Positions 30,838 to 39,752 of a DNA stretch of 39,752 nt are shown here, one piece after another (within the stretch, counting starts at the first letter, position 1; every line of letters begins with the position of its first letter). A program made the translations under genes and the position numbers. Origin of the DNA: Methylocella sp. GTDB taxonomy: Bacteria; Pseudomonadota; Alphaproteobacteria; Rhizobiales; Beijerinckiaceae. The notes below the pieces were generated by a model that saw nothing but the letters and a program-made list of their open reading frames with translations, did not search any database and was not told where the DNA came from. Where the stretch lies: assembly GCA_035503795.1 (NCBI GenBank), contig DATJTB010000114.1, positions 1 to 39,752 of the forward strand, in the 5' to 3' direction.

Positions 30838-30885
30838 ATCACGATGATTTTGGATCGAATCGATCCAAAATCATGAAACGTGATC
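30835..30885 (+). repeat. Solo hairpin-1 module of the subfamily B element
   Basis: TAGATCACGATGATTTTGGATCGAATCGATCCAAAATCATGAAACGTGATC, nearly identical to 9784-9834. Begins at the MFS TAG stop. Confidence 0.9.
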
Positions 30886-30960
30886 GTGAAGACGGAAGGG
30901 AAGGAGGCAAGAAACGAGCCTCCGCTTTTGTTCGCGTCTCGCGTTATTGTTCTGCGGTCA

Positions 30961-31743
30961 TCAGGTGCCCGCTATCGATGCCATAGCAGCGCGATCCCGC
31001 CTTCCGGTCGTTGATTGCCGGCCACCGTGTTTCTCGTGCTGCGGTTTGCGGCCCATGTTGCCCGATCCCCAGGATCCGGGAAGCGTCACCTCGTAGAAGA
31101 GTTTGACGAGTTCCGCCTGTCGATGAGTGGCTGTTTTATCCATGATGCTTGTGAGATGCGTCCGCACGGTCGCCGGTGAAATCTTCAGGCGGGCCGCAAC
31201 CTTCTTGAGACCGCCCCCACCTTGGATGAGTTCGGCGGCAACCCGCGCTTCACCCGCTGTCAAGGCAAAGAGGTCGGCGAAGAGCTGCATGCGTTCGACG
31301 GGCGCTGGGCGGCAGTCCACAAGGACAAGGGCGGCGCATGGATACTCGTCCGTAGGCTGATGCTCAAGATGGCACAAGTCGATCGGCATGACATGCACAG
31401 CGAGCGCGGCGGCCCCCCCTTCATCTCGGATCAGGAGCGAGCCAGCGCCCAGGCGTTGATCGGATCGCCGCGAAGCCTCCCTGATGAGCGACTCCAATTT
31501 TTTTGAAGTCGCAAAATCCCCAGCCGAGATGCAGTTTCTCTCGCAGCGCAAGCCATGGCCGGCACGTAGGAATGTCTCGGCCTTGTCATTGATGAAAAAG
31601 ATGCGCCGGTCAACATTGGTCAAAATGAGCCCGAAGCCGGCCCGCGCCATTAGAGTGCCGAGAATGTCTGGGAGGACGGTTTCGGCGTTCTGAAACTCGC
31701 GAACCCAGACTCCGGGTTCGCCCTGCGACGCGATTCCTTGCAT
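30961..31743 (-). CDS. LuxR-type HTH regulator with N-terminal PAS-like region
   Basis: C-terminal LTAGEARVA...VAARLKISPATVRTHLTSIMDKT...RQAELV. N-terminal LILTNVDRRIFFINDKAE. Start is uncertain. Confidence 0.8.
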   Translation of the reverse strand: MQGIASQGEPGVWVREFQNAETVLPDILGTLMARAGFGLILTNVDRRIFFINDKAETFLRAGHGLRCERNCISAGDFATSKKLESLIREASRRSDQRLGAGSLLIRDEGGAAALAVHVMPIDLCHLEHQPTDEYPCAALVLVDCRPAPVERMQLFADLFALTAGEARVAAELIQGGGGLKKVAARLKISPATVRTHLTSIMDKTATHRQAELVKLFYEVTLPGSWGSGNMGRKPQHEKHGGRQSTTGRRDRAAMASIAGT

Positions 31744-31888
31744 CCCAAGATCCCCCGCAGAGCAAGACACGAACTCTCAGGAGCGAATTTGACCGAATTT
31801 CGCGATGGCTGCCTCATCAATATTGATGATGAACGACAAATTTTTCATCAAACAGGATAGCAGCCGAACCTCTGAACCTGGATCGGCC

Positions 31889-32602
31889 TCAACCGGGGGG
31901 GACCAGGCTTTCCCGAACTTTGCTGAACACGTCACGGAACATCTCTGGCGTCAGCACACCCGTATTCGTATTGTAACGTGAGCAGTGATAGCTATCAAAG
32001 AGCGTGATAGCGCGCGCCTGCGTGGTGCTCGTTGCGATCAAATCCCGCAGGACATGTTCAGCCCCATGCGCGAATGGGAAGTCTTTCAGCGCTTTGCCAC
32101 AGGCGCGCAGGATGGCGTCATGCGCGATTCGACCGAGCGCCACAATGGCTCGGAGGCCCGGCCGGGCTGCGATGCTGGCTGCGAGAAAAGGTCGGCAATT
32201 GCTGAGTTCGACGGGGAGCGGCTTGTTTTGCGGCGGCACGCAACGCACCGCATTGGTGATCGCGCCTGAGATCAACCGCAAGCCGTCGTCGATCTCGCCT
32301 TCGTAGACGCCTTCGGCAAGGCCCAATTCGAGCAAGGTTTGGTAGAGGAGATCGCCCGCAAAGTCGCCGGTGAAAGGCCGCCCCGTGCGGTTGGCGCCGC
32401 GCAGTCCAGGTGCCAAACCAACGACGAGAAGAGGTGCGTCGGTCTCCCCGAAAGTGGGCACCGGCGCGTTATGCCAGTTGGGCCATGCTTCCCTCAGCGA
32501 TTGACGAAAGGCGACGAGACGAGGGCAGAATCCACACTCTCGCTCAGGCTCATATGAAGCGGAAGCGCGATTGCCACTGGGGCCCGCCGAGTTTTTGTTC
32601 AC
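31889..32602 (-). CDS. Uracil-DNA glycosylase (family 5-like, Fe-S)
   Basis: CGFCPRL, GLAPGLRGANRTGRPFTGD, RCVPPQNKP, YHCSRYNTNT. Confidence 0.9.
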   Translation of the reverse strand: MNKNSAGPSGNRASASYEPERECGFCPRLVAFRQSLREAWPNWHNAPVPTFGETDAPLLVVGLAPGLRGANRTGRPFTGDFAGDLLYQTLLELGLAEGVYEGEIDDGLRLISGAITNAVRCVPPQNKPLPVELSNCRPFLAASIAARPGLRAIVALGRIAHDAILRACGKALKDFPFAHGAEHVLRDLIATSTTQARAITLFDSYHCSRYNTNTGVLTPEMFRDVFSKVRESLVPPG

Positions 32603-32623
32603 GCCGGAAAATTCATCCGTGCA

Positions 32624-33238
32624 TCAAGGCCGGTCATCAGCAAGCGCCGGATCGAAACTGCCGGCGGTCACGGGTCGGCGTTCCTGCAGCTTTTGTGGCC
32701 GCTCCATCCGGTCACCGGGATCGCGGCAGATTTTCGGCGCGAGATGAACGATGTCAATGAACTCATCGGCTTGACGGCGTAGCTCATCCGCCACCATCGC
32801 GGGCTGGGTCGCATTGGTCGACACGACCGAAACTCGAACCCCCTTGCGCTGCACGGCTTCCACAAGAGAACGGAAATCGCCATCGCCGGAGAAAAGCACG
32901 AGATGATCGATGTGATCCGCCATCTCCATCGCATCGACCGCGAGTTCAATGTCCATATTGCCTTTGACCTTGCGCCGCCCGAGGGAATCCACGAATTCCT
33001 TGGTCGGCTTGGTCACTACGGCGAAGCCGTTATAATCCAACCAATCCACCAATGGACGTATAGAGGAATACTCCTGGTCCTCTACTAAAGCGGTATAGTA
33101 AAAGGCACGAATGAGCTTTCCCCGGCTCTGAAATTCCTTGAGCAGGCGTTTGTAGTCGATATCGAAGCCGAGGGATTTAGCTGTCGCGTACAAGTTCGCG
33201 CCGTCGATAAAAAGGGCAATTCGCTCCTGGTCAGCCAT
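32624..33238 (-). CDS. NYN domain (LabA/DUF88) protein
   Basis: FIDGANLY, KGNMDIELAVD, FSGDGDF. Divergent from rpoZ. Alternative start at 33250. Confidence 0.92.
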   Translation of the reverse strand: MADQERIALFIDGANLYATAKSLGFDIDYKRLLKEFQSRGKLIRAFYYTALVEDQEYSSIRPLVDWLDYNGFAVVTKPTKEFVDSLGRRKVKGNMDIELAVDAMEMADHIDHLVLFSGDGDFRSLVEAVQRKGVRVSVVSTNATQPAMVADELRRQADEFIDIVHLAPKICRDPGDRMERPQKLQERRPVTAGSFDPALADDRP

Positions 33239-33637
33239 AATATGTCTCATACAGTTCGCTTGTGATGTTCCTCGTCACTGATAATCTAGGAGCAATTACA
33301 ATCTCTCCTGGACTTGCAGCCTTATTCTGGCGCTTCAATCCCTCATTACAACGAAAATCAGAGCAAAATTAAGTGGTCCTGACTTTCCTCGGCGTCAAGG
33401 GGCCGATCCACCGCCGATATGCTAAGCTTCCGCATCAAAGTGATTAGATTATGGCAAAGCCAAGTTTACGCTTGCTGCGGCATCGAAAGACTGATGCTTG
33501 GCTTTACGCCCGGGGGAGGGCCGGTGTAGGTGGAATTGCCAATAAAATTCGATGCATGCTCGAGGTTGCCAAAAAACGCAAGCAATATTACTTAAACCTA
33601 ATCCAAAAAACCTTCCTTCACAAGGAGTGCGCAACGC

Positions 33638-34033
33638 ATGGCCCGCGTCACGGTCGAAGACTGTATCGATAAAGTCGAAAATCGCTTCGAACTCATTTTG
33701 ATCGCCAGTCACAGAGCGCGGTCGATCGCCTCCGGTGCGCCGATCATGGTGGAACGCGACAAGGACAAGAATCCGGTTGTCGCCTTGCGCGAGATCGCCG
33801 AAGCGGCCCTCGCTCCCGACGATCTCCGCGAGGATTTCATTCAATCCCTGCAAAAACATGTCGAGGTCGATGAACCAGAGGCCGAAGCCGTGCCGGCCTT
33901 GTCTTCTGCGCCCGAGAGCCTGCAACCAGACGGCTTGGGAAACGTCCAGTTTGACCGGATGACCGAGGAGGATCTTTTGCGCGGTCTTGAGGGTCTGGTG
34001 CCGCCCGCCGAAACGGAAGATGAAGGCGACTGA
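33638..34033 (+). CDS. rpoZ: RNA polymerase omega subunit
   Basis: [19 protein letters not shown]...[12 protein letters not shown] with acidic tail. Confidence 0.97.
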   Translation: MARVTVEDCIDKVENRFELILIASHRARSIASGAPIMVERDKDKNPVVALREIAEAALAPDDLREDFIQSLQKHVEVDEPEAEAVPALSSAPESLQPDGLGNVQFDRMTEEDLLRGLEGLVPPAETEDEGD

Positions 34034-34115
34034 TCGGCTGGCTTCTGGGTCGAAAATAGAATTGTGAAGGGCGAATTTGCGGAACTCTGCTAAGGTTCCA
34101 GTGAGGAAAGCTCTT

Positions 34116-34172
34116 GGGTCAGGACCTGATTATGGCGCCTCCAATGACAGCACGATAACCAAGTCCTGACCC
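34116..34172. repeat. Small element with 10-bp perfect terminal inverted repeats GGGTCAGGAC/GTCCTGACCC
   Basis: IR at 34116-34125 and 34163-34172 in the rpoZ-relA gap. Same end motif as at 6173. Confidence 0.65.
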
Positions 34173-34253
34173 TGAAATTATACAAGACGAATATTGCAGG
34201 ACGGCGTAGGATCCCGATTTGGATCGTGAACGAACCCGACAGGCCTCACGATC

Positions 34254-36458
34254 ATGATGCGGCAGTATGAACTTGTCGACCGCGTTCGGCGCTATAATCC
34301 GCAGGCAGATGAAGTCTCGCTCAACCGTGCCTATGTCTATGCGATGAAGGCCCATGGCGCGCAAAAGCGAGCCTCTGGCGACCCCTATTTCTCGCATCCG
34401 CTCGAAGTGGCCGCCATTCTCACAGACATGAAGCTCGATGACGCAACGATCGTGGCAGCCGTCCTGCACGACACGATCGAGGATACCGGTACGACCAGGG
34501 AGGAAATCGACAAGCTTTTCGGGCCTGACATCGGCCGTCTGGTCGATGGTCTGACTAAGCTCAAACGGCTCGACCTCGTCTCGAAGCGCGCGGCGCAGGC
34601 TGAGAATTTCCGCAAACTGCTGCTCGCCATCGCCGAGGACATAAGGGTCCTTCTTATCAAGCTCGCCGACCGGCTGCACAATATGCGCACCTTGCATTTC
34701 GTCGCCGCCGAGAAACGCGCCAGGATCGCCGAGGAAACCATCGATATCTATGCCCCGCTCGCCGGCCGGATGGGCATGCAGAGCTTGCGTGACGAGCTTG
34801 AGGATCTCGCCTTCCGCCATCTCATGCCGGATGCCTATGCGATGATCTCATCGAGGCTCGCTGACCTGCGCGAGAAGAACGGCAGGATCATCAAGACGAT
34901 CGAGAAGGAACTGACCGCCGAGCTTGCCGCGCGCGGCATCGAGGCCAAGGTGGAAGGCCGGCAGAAGCAGCCTTATTCGGTCTGGCGCAAGATGGAGCGC
35001 AAATCGATCGCCTTCGAGCAGCTCTCCGACATCTTCGGCTTCCGCGTCATTGTCGATCATGTCGAGGATTGCTACCGCGTCATCGGCGTGGTGCATACCA
35101 AATGGGCCGTCGTTCCTGGCCGCTTCAAGGATTACATTTCGACCCCCAAGCAGAATGATTATCAATCGATTCACACGACGGTCGTGGGGCCCGGACGGCA
35201 GCGCGCGGAGCTCCAGGTTCGAACAGACCTCATGCATGACATTGCCCGCCACGGGATCGCCGCGCATTCCCTCTATAAGGATGGCCGGATCGGCAGCCGG
35301 GAGTGCCTGACGAACGAGAGCCGATCCTATCAATGGCTGCGCCGCACGGTTGCTCTGCTTTCGGAAGGCGCGACGCCGGAGGAATTCCTGGAGCACACCA
35401 AGCTCGAGCTTTTTCATGACCAAGTGTTCTGCTTCACCCCGAACGGCCGGCTGATTGCCTTGCCGCGCGGCGCAACGCCGGTCGATTTCGCCTATGCGGT
35501 TCACACCGATGTCGGCAATACGGCGGTCGGCGCCAAGATCAACGGCCGCCATGCGCCGCTCCTCTCCGAATTGCAGAATGGCGACGAGGTTGAGATCGCC
35601 TGCGCGGAGGGACAGACGCCGCCACCCTCCTGGGAAGGCCTGGTGATGACCGGCAAGGCACGTTCGGCGATCAGGCGGGCGACCCGCGACGCGGTTCGCA
35701 CTCAATATGCGGCGCTTGGCCGGCAGATCGTGACCCGCGCCTTCGAGCGAGCTGGAAAGGCCTTCACCGAGGATAAGCTGAAAAGCGCCTTGCCTCGCCT
35801 TGCACGCCCGACGATTGAAGAGGCGCTGGCCGCGGTTGGACGCGGCGAAATGTTTTCCGGCGATGTCGTCCGGGCCGTCTATCCGGAATTCATGGAAGAG
35901 CACAAGCCGAGTGTTCCACGACCGCGCGGCGAAGCCGGCTGGTTCGGCATGAAGAAGGCGACGAGTCTCGTTTTCAAATTCCCCGGCAATGGCGAGGGCG
36001 ATCGGAATTCGATTCCCATAAAGGGCTCGCATGGTGATCTGCCGGTGCGCTTCGCGCCGAATGGCGGAGCCCTGCCGGGCGATCGCATCGTCGGCATCCT
36101 CACGCCGGGCGAGGGGATCACCATCTATCCTATTCAGTCACCGGCGCTTACCGCATTCGACGAAGAGCCGGAGCGCTGGCTCGATGTGCGCTGGGACATC
36201 GAAGAAAGCCGCCATGAGCTCTTTCCCGCGCAAATTTGCGTCACCGCCATCAATGAGCCTGGCACCTTGGGCACCATCGCGACGGTGATCGGCGACCATG
36301 CGGCCAATATCGACAATATCATCATCAAGCCTTTGTCCGCCGATTTTCGCGAGCTCACTATCGACATCGAGGTTCAGGATCTGAAGCATCTGAACACGAT
36401 CATCTCGCATCTACGGGCGCGGCCCGTCGTCCACAAGGTCGCGCGGGTGAATGGCTGA
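34254..36458 (+). CDS. spoT: Bifunctional (p)ppGpp synthetase/hydrolase (long RSH)
   Basis: HD motif LHDTIED, KLADRLHNMRT, KDYISTPKQNDYQSIHT, TGS domain (TPVDFAYAVHT), C-terminal ACT domain. Confidence 0.95.
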   Translation: MMRQYELVDRVRRYNPQADEVSLNRAYVYAMKAHGAQKRASGDPYFSHPLEVAAILTDMKLDDATIVAAVLHDTIEDTGTTREEIDKLFGPDIGRLVDGLTKLKRLDLVSKRAAQAENFRKLLLAIAEDIRVLLIKLADRLHNMRTLHFVAAEKRARIAEETIDIYAPLAGRMGMQSLRDELEDLAFRHLMPDAYAMISSRLADLREKNGRIIKTIEKELTAELAARGIEAKVEGRQKQPYSVWRKMERKSIAFEQLSDIFGFRVIVDHVEDCYRVIGVVHTKWAVVPGRFKDYISTPKQNDYQSIHTTVVGPGRQRAELQVRTDLMHDIARHGIAAHSLYKDGRIGSRECLTNESRSYQWLRRTVALLSEGATPEEFLEHTKLELFHDQVFCFTPNGRLIALPRGATPVDFAYAVHTDVGNTAVGAKINGRHAPLLSELQNGDEVEIACAEGQTPPPSWEGLVMTGKARSAIRRATRDAVRTQYAALGRQIVTRAFERAGKAFTEDKLKSALPRLARPTIEEALAAVGRGEMFSGDVVRAVYPEFMEEHKPSVPRPRGEAGWFGMKKATSLVFKFPGNGEGDRNSIPIKGSHGDLPVRFAPNGGALPGDRIVGILTPGEGITIYPIQSPALTAFDEEPERWLDVRWDIEESRHELFPAQICVTAINEPGTLGTIATVIGDHAANIDNIIIKPLSADFRELTIDIEVQDLKHLNTIISHLRARPVVHKVARVNG

Positions 36459-36561
36459 TATTCAAGAATGGAAGGCGAAAAAGCGGATGGCCTGGTTGCC
36501 ACACGACGCGATGATTGGGGATCGTCAAGGTCCAGGATTATCGTGATCAAACCTACTCAAG

Positions 36562-37365
36562 ATGAAGACCATGAAGGAACACGATAACGTCGATGATGGA
36601 GAGGCGCCGCCGCAGGCGGAGCGGCTGTTTTCCGGACTGATTGGTTGCGAATATGACGCACTCGATCTCATCGTCCCGGAAGCCGCCGCGATGAGCCGGC
36701 GGGTTGGCGAGCGCGTCGCCCAATTTGCTCGTCAACGCGGCAAGGACACGGCCCCGCTCAGCGTTTTGGAGATCGGCTGCGGCACGGGTGTGACCACTTT
36801 GGCATTGGTGCGGGCCGAGCCCAATCTACAGATTCTATCGATCGACAACGAGCCGGCCATGCTGTCCCAGGCGCGTGAAAACCTTGCCCCCTTTGTCAGC
36901 ACTGGACAGGTGCGTCTTGTCGAAGCGGACGCCTTGACCGCCTTGGAGGGGCAGACCGGCGAAAGCCTCGATCTGGTCGCCTCCGCTTATGCGATCCATA
37001 ATTTTCGGGAAGTCTATCGCACCGCGGTTCTCGCCGAGATTTTCCGCGTGCTGCGGCCGGGCGGTCTCTTTGTCAATGGCGATCGCTACGCCCTCGATGA
37101 ACCGGCCGCGCATACGAAACACACGCAGGAGGAGCTACGCGGCTATTTCAAGGTCTTCGCCAAAATCAATCGTTTTGACCTGTTGGAGCAATGGGTCGTT
37201 CATCTTTTCGGCGATGAATCGCCGGATCACATCATGCGCCTTGGAGCTTCGCTCGGAAAGATGCAGGATCTCGGCTTCGCGCCAGTCGATGTCCCCTTCC
37301 GTGAGGGCGTCAACACGCTGTTGACGGCCGGCAAGCCAGGTTCTCGAGCTTCCAGCTGCGGGTAG
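36562..37365 (+). CDS. Class I SAM-dependent methyltransferase
   Basis: VLEIGCGTG, IDNEPAML, LRPGGLFV. Confidence 0.85.
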   Translation: MKTMKEHDNVDDGEAPPQAERLFSGLIGCEYDALDLIVPEAAAMSRRVGERVAQFARQRGKDTAPLSVLEIGCGTGVTTLALVRAEPNLQILSIDNEPAMLSQARENLAPFVSTGQVRLVEADALTALEGQTGESLDLVASAYAIHNFREVYRTAVLAEIFRVLRPGGLFVNGDRYALDEPAAHTKHTQEELRGYFKVFAKINRFDLLEQWVVHLFGDESPDHIMRLGASLGKMQDLGFAPVDVPFREGVNTLLTAGKPGSRASSCG

Positions 37366-37435
37366 CGATAAAGCGCGAATGTCCTTGTCATGCCGTGCAA
37401 GCGGAACGCTCTGTTTAAAGTGTGAAGGACCGGCA

Positions 37436-38089
37436 ATGCGGCAGGCAGAACTTTTTGCTGGTTCACGGCTGGATCATGGGGAGTCTCTGGTGCCGGGGAT
37501 GATCCTTTACCGGCGCTATTTCCTTGCTGTCGGACAGCGGGCGTTGGCTCACGAAATCGCCGAGGTCGTGCGTCAGGCGCCGTGGTTCACGCCTTCGATG
37601 CCGCGTTCGGGTCGGCCCTTTTCCGTCAAGATGACCAATTGCGGCCGCTACGGCTGGGTCTCGGATCGAGAGGGCTATCGCTATACAGAAAACCATCCCT
37701 CTTGCGGCGCGCCATGGCCGCCGATCCCGCATCTGGCCCTGCAAGCGTGGCGAAATTTGTCGGATTATCCTCACCCACCCGAGGCCTGCCTCGTTAATTT
37801 CTACGATCAAGACGCCAAGATGGGGCTCCACCAAGACCGGGATGAAGCCGAGTTTGCCGCGCCGATCCTTTCCATATCGCTGGGTTGCTCCTGCGCATTC
37901 CGATATGGCGGCCTGCGGCGCGGCGATAAGACTAACAAACTTGAGCTTCACTCAGGCGATGTGCTTGTAATGGGTGGTCCGGCGCGGCTGATCTTCCATG
38001 GGGTGGATCGGGTTTTCGCGGGCTCATCGGACCTGCTGGCGGAATGTGGGCGCATCAATCTCACCTTGCGCCGCGTCACCCTGCCATAG
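37436..38089 (+). CDS. alkB: AlkB family 2OG-Fe(II) dioxygenase
   Basis: MTNCG.YGWVSD, CLVNFY, MGLHQDRDE, FHGVDR, RINLTLR. ATG 37436 chosen as start. Confidence 0.9.
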   Translation: MRQAELFAGSRLDHGESLVPGMILYRRYFLAVGQRALAHEIAEVVRQAPWFTPSMPRSGRPFSVKMTNCGRYGWVSDREGYRYTENHPSCGAPWPPIPHLALQAWRNLSDYPHPPEACLVNFYDQDAKMGLHQDRDEAEFAAPILSISLGCSCAFRYGGLRRGDKTNKLELHSGDVLVMGGPARLIFHGVDRVFAGSSDLLAECGRINLTLRRVTLP

Positions 38090-38222
38090 ACGGGAACCTG
38101 TCCGCGCTAGGTTAAGACCTAATTATAATAGATCGTGTCCCATGGCGTGGCGTAACTGGAGCGGAGGGGCCACGGGCTTCGTGTCGCCCTGACTTCCTTT
38201 CAGGTTCGAACGGAGAAATGGC

Positions 38223-39050
38223 ATGGTCAGTTCTAATGGCTGTTTCGTCTGGTACGAGCTGACGACGACAGACATAGAAGCCGCCAAGGCCTTCTACGCC
38301 GATGTTATTGGCTGGGGCACGCGAGATGCCTCGGTACCCGGCTTGGCCTATAGCCTATTTACCGAGCAAGACTCCCCCGTCACCGGGCTGACGAGCCTGC
38401 CGGATGACGCGAGGAGAGCGGGCATTGCGCCGCATTGGATGGGATATGTTGGCGTCGACGACGTGGACGAAGCCGTCGCCCGGATCAAGCAACTCGGCGG
38501 ATCGGTGCATGTCTCTCCAAGGGACGTCCCTAACATCAGCCGCTTTTCGGTCATCGCCGACCCGCAAATGGCAACGCTTGCATTGGTCAAGGGGCGGAAG
38601 CCCGCCCAAGGGCAATCCATCGAGCCGGGAACGCCAGGGCGCGTGGGCTGGCACGAGCTGTTCGCCGCCGACTGGGAGAAGGCGTTCGCATTCTACAGCG
38701 AGCTATTCGGCTGGCAAAGAGCGGAATCCCATGTCGGTGTGATGGGCACATATCAGCGGTTCTCCGCGGCAGGCGAGACGATCGGCGGCATGTTCACCAA
38801 ACCTCCCACATTGCCGCTTCCCTTCTGGCTTTACTACTTCAACGTCGACAATGTCGAGGCGGTAGCCGGGCGCGTGGAAGCGGGTGGCGGCGAAATCCTC
38901 TATGGCCCGACCACAGTACCGGGGGGTGCTTGGATCGTCCATTGCACGGACCCTCAAGGCGCCCTATTCGCGCTGCTGGATAGGCGCCGCCGCAAACCTA
39001 TCGGATATTATGTGCTGCGCGACCCATCCGATGCGCAGAACCGCCGATAA
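38223..39050 (+). CDS. Two-domain VOC (glyoxalase/bleomycin resistance) protein
   Basis: Duplicated W(Y/H)EL...A.AFY..(V/L)(I/F)GW and DPQ motifs. RBS GGAG. Confidence 0.9.
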   Translation: MVSSNGCFVWYELTTTDIEAAKAFYADVIGWGTRDASVPGLAYSLFTEQDSPVTGLTSLPDDARRAGIAPHWMGYVGVDDVDEAVARIKQLGGSVHVSPRDVPNISRFSVIADPQMATLALVKGRKPAQGQSIEPGTPGRVGWHELFAADWEKAFAFYSELFGWQRAESHVGVMGTYQRFSAAGETIGGMFTKPPTLPLPFWLYYFNVDNVEAVAGRVEAGGGEILYGPTTVPGGAWIVHCTDPQGALFALLDRRRRKPIGYYVLRDPSDAQNRR

Positions 39051-39116
39051 TTCTGGCGAAGCTGCACCATCGCCATTTGGGTGGTCTTCGCCCAGCAAAC
39101 CAGGACCACGCGATTG

Positions 39117-39752
39117 TCAGTCGGGAGCGCCCGATTTTGCGCCTCGACCGATCGCAAATTGACCGACGGGCCCCTCCACGTGGAATTTTATCCCCGTCAT
39201 CTTTGCGAAGAGATCGATATTCGCGATTCCGATCGCGCATCCGCCGAGCCCCATGTCGGTCGCGGCCAGATAGAGCGTCTGAGTCAAGACGCCGACATCC
39301 TTGAGAATCAGCGCGTAGGCGATCGAGCTGTACTTCCACGAAACCCGGCCAAAGCGCGCTGCGATCGTGATCAAGACCTGGGGTAAAGCGGGTGCTCCCA
39401 TCGCATATTGTGCTTCCGCCAACAACGCTTCGAGCTCGTTCTTGGGAACGCGTATTGGCACCAGCGCGTGACCGCCAGCATCGTAATGATAGAAACCTCG
39501 GGCAAGCCCTTGGCATATATTGATGGCCAGATAAAGTTCGAGCTCGTAGCTCGCCCCCGCCGAGGCATAGGGCCTAACGGTATGGGTATCCACTGCACCG
39601 CCATTGCCGCCCGCGCTTTTCGATATGGACAAAACACGCGCGGTCATATCGAGAAATCGCGAAAGCTCGGCGACCGTGATCGGCCGTTGGGCATCAAAGA
39701 TGCGCGTCGAATGACGCTCCCGCAGGAGGTTTGCGAGCGGCGAAATTTCCTC
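39117..39752 (-). CDS. SagB/ThcOx-family FMN-dependent peptide dehydrogenase, 5' part outside the window
   Basis: The frame stays open to the window edge (EEISPLANLLRERHSTRIFD...). Motifs RPYASAGASYELE, WKYSSIAYALILKDVG and GLGGCAIG. Confidence 0.82.
   Translation of the reverse strand, partial: EEISPLANLLRERHSTRIFDAQRPITVAELSRFLDMTARVLSISKSAGGNGGAVDTHTVRPYASAGASYELELYLAINICQGLARGFYHYDAGGHALVPIRVPKNELEALLAEAQYAMGAPALPQVLITIAARFGRVSWKYSSIAYALILKDVGVLTQTLYLAATDMGLGGCAIGIANIDLFAKMTGIKFHVEGPVGQFAIGRGAKSGAPD

Noticed and set aside
38107-38195. CTAGGTTAAGACCTAATTAT...GCCCTGAC as another GGGTCAGGAC-family copy
   Set aside because: Too degenerate to call without a profile search.

Overview
High-GC alphaproteobacterial chromosomal segment. 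Gene content and the repeat families suggest Hyphomicrobiales, possibly Beijerinckiaceae-like (inference only). It opens with the trailer end of a type I-E-like CRISPR array that abuts the 3' end of comM, and comM has an alphaproteobacterial LexA box upstream. Housekeeping genes are lipB, gatCA, panC, trpA-accD-folC, glcB, an RsmB-family methyltransferase, guaB, a UDG, a NYN protein, rpoZ and relA/spoT. Accessory blocks are: (i) an EF-hand gene followed by a FUSC/DUF1656/HlyD efflux and Tat-exported oxalate decarboxylase cassette, bracketed by inverted copies of a 115-bp two-hairpin element; (ii) a 40-bp perfect palindrome with a parS core, then remnants of an older poxB and fumC, then an intact pyruvate oxidase-malic enzyme-fumC cluster and a parD antitoxin whose parE toxin carries two amber stops; (iii) a methyltransferase, alkB, a VOC protein and a truncated SagB-type dehydrogenase at the right edge. 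The most striking non-genic signal is a set of TA/TAG-bounded intergenic elements. Their subfamilies differ in sequence but keep the same two-hairpin architecture, and two copies begin exactly at a gene's TAG stop codon. All calls come from reading the sequence; no database searches were run.
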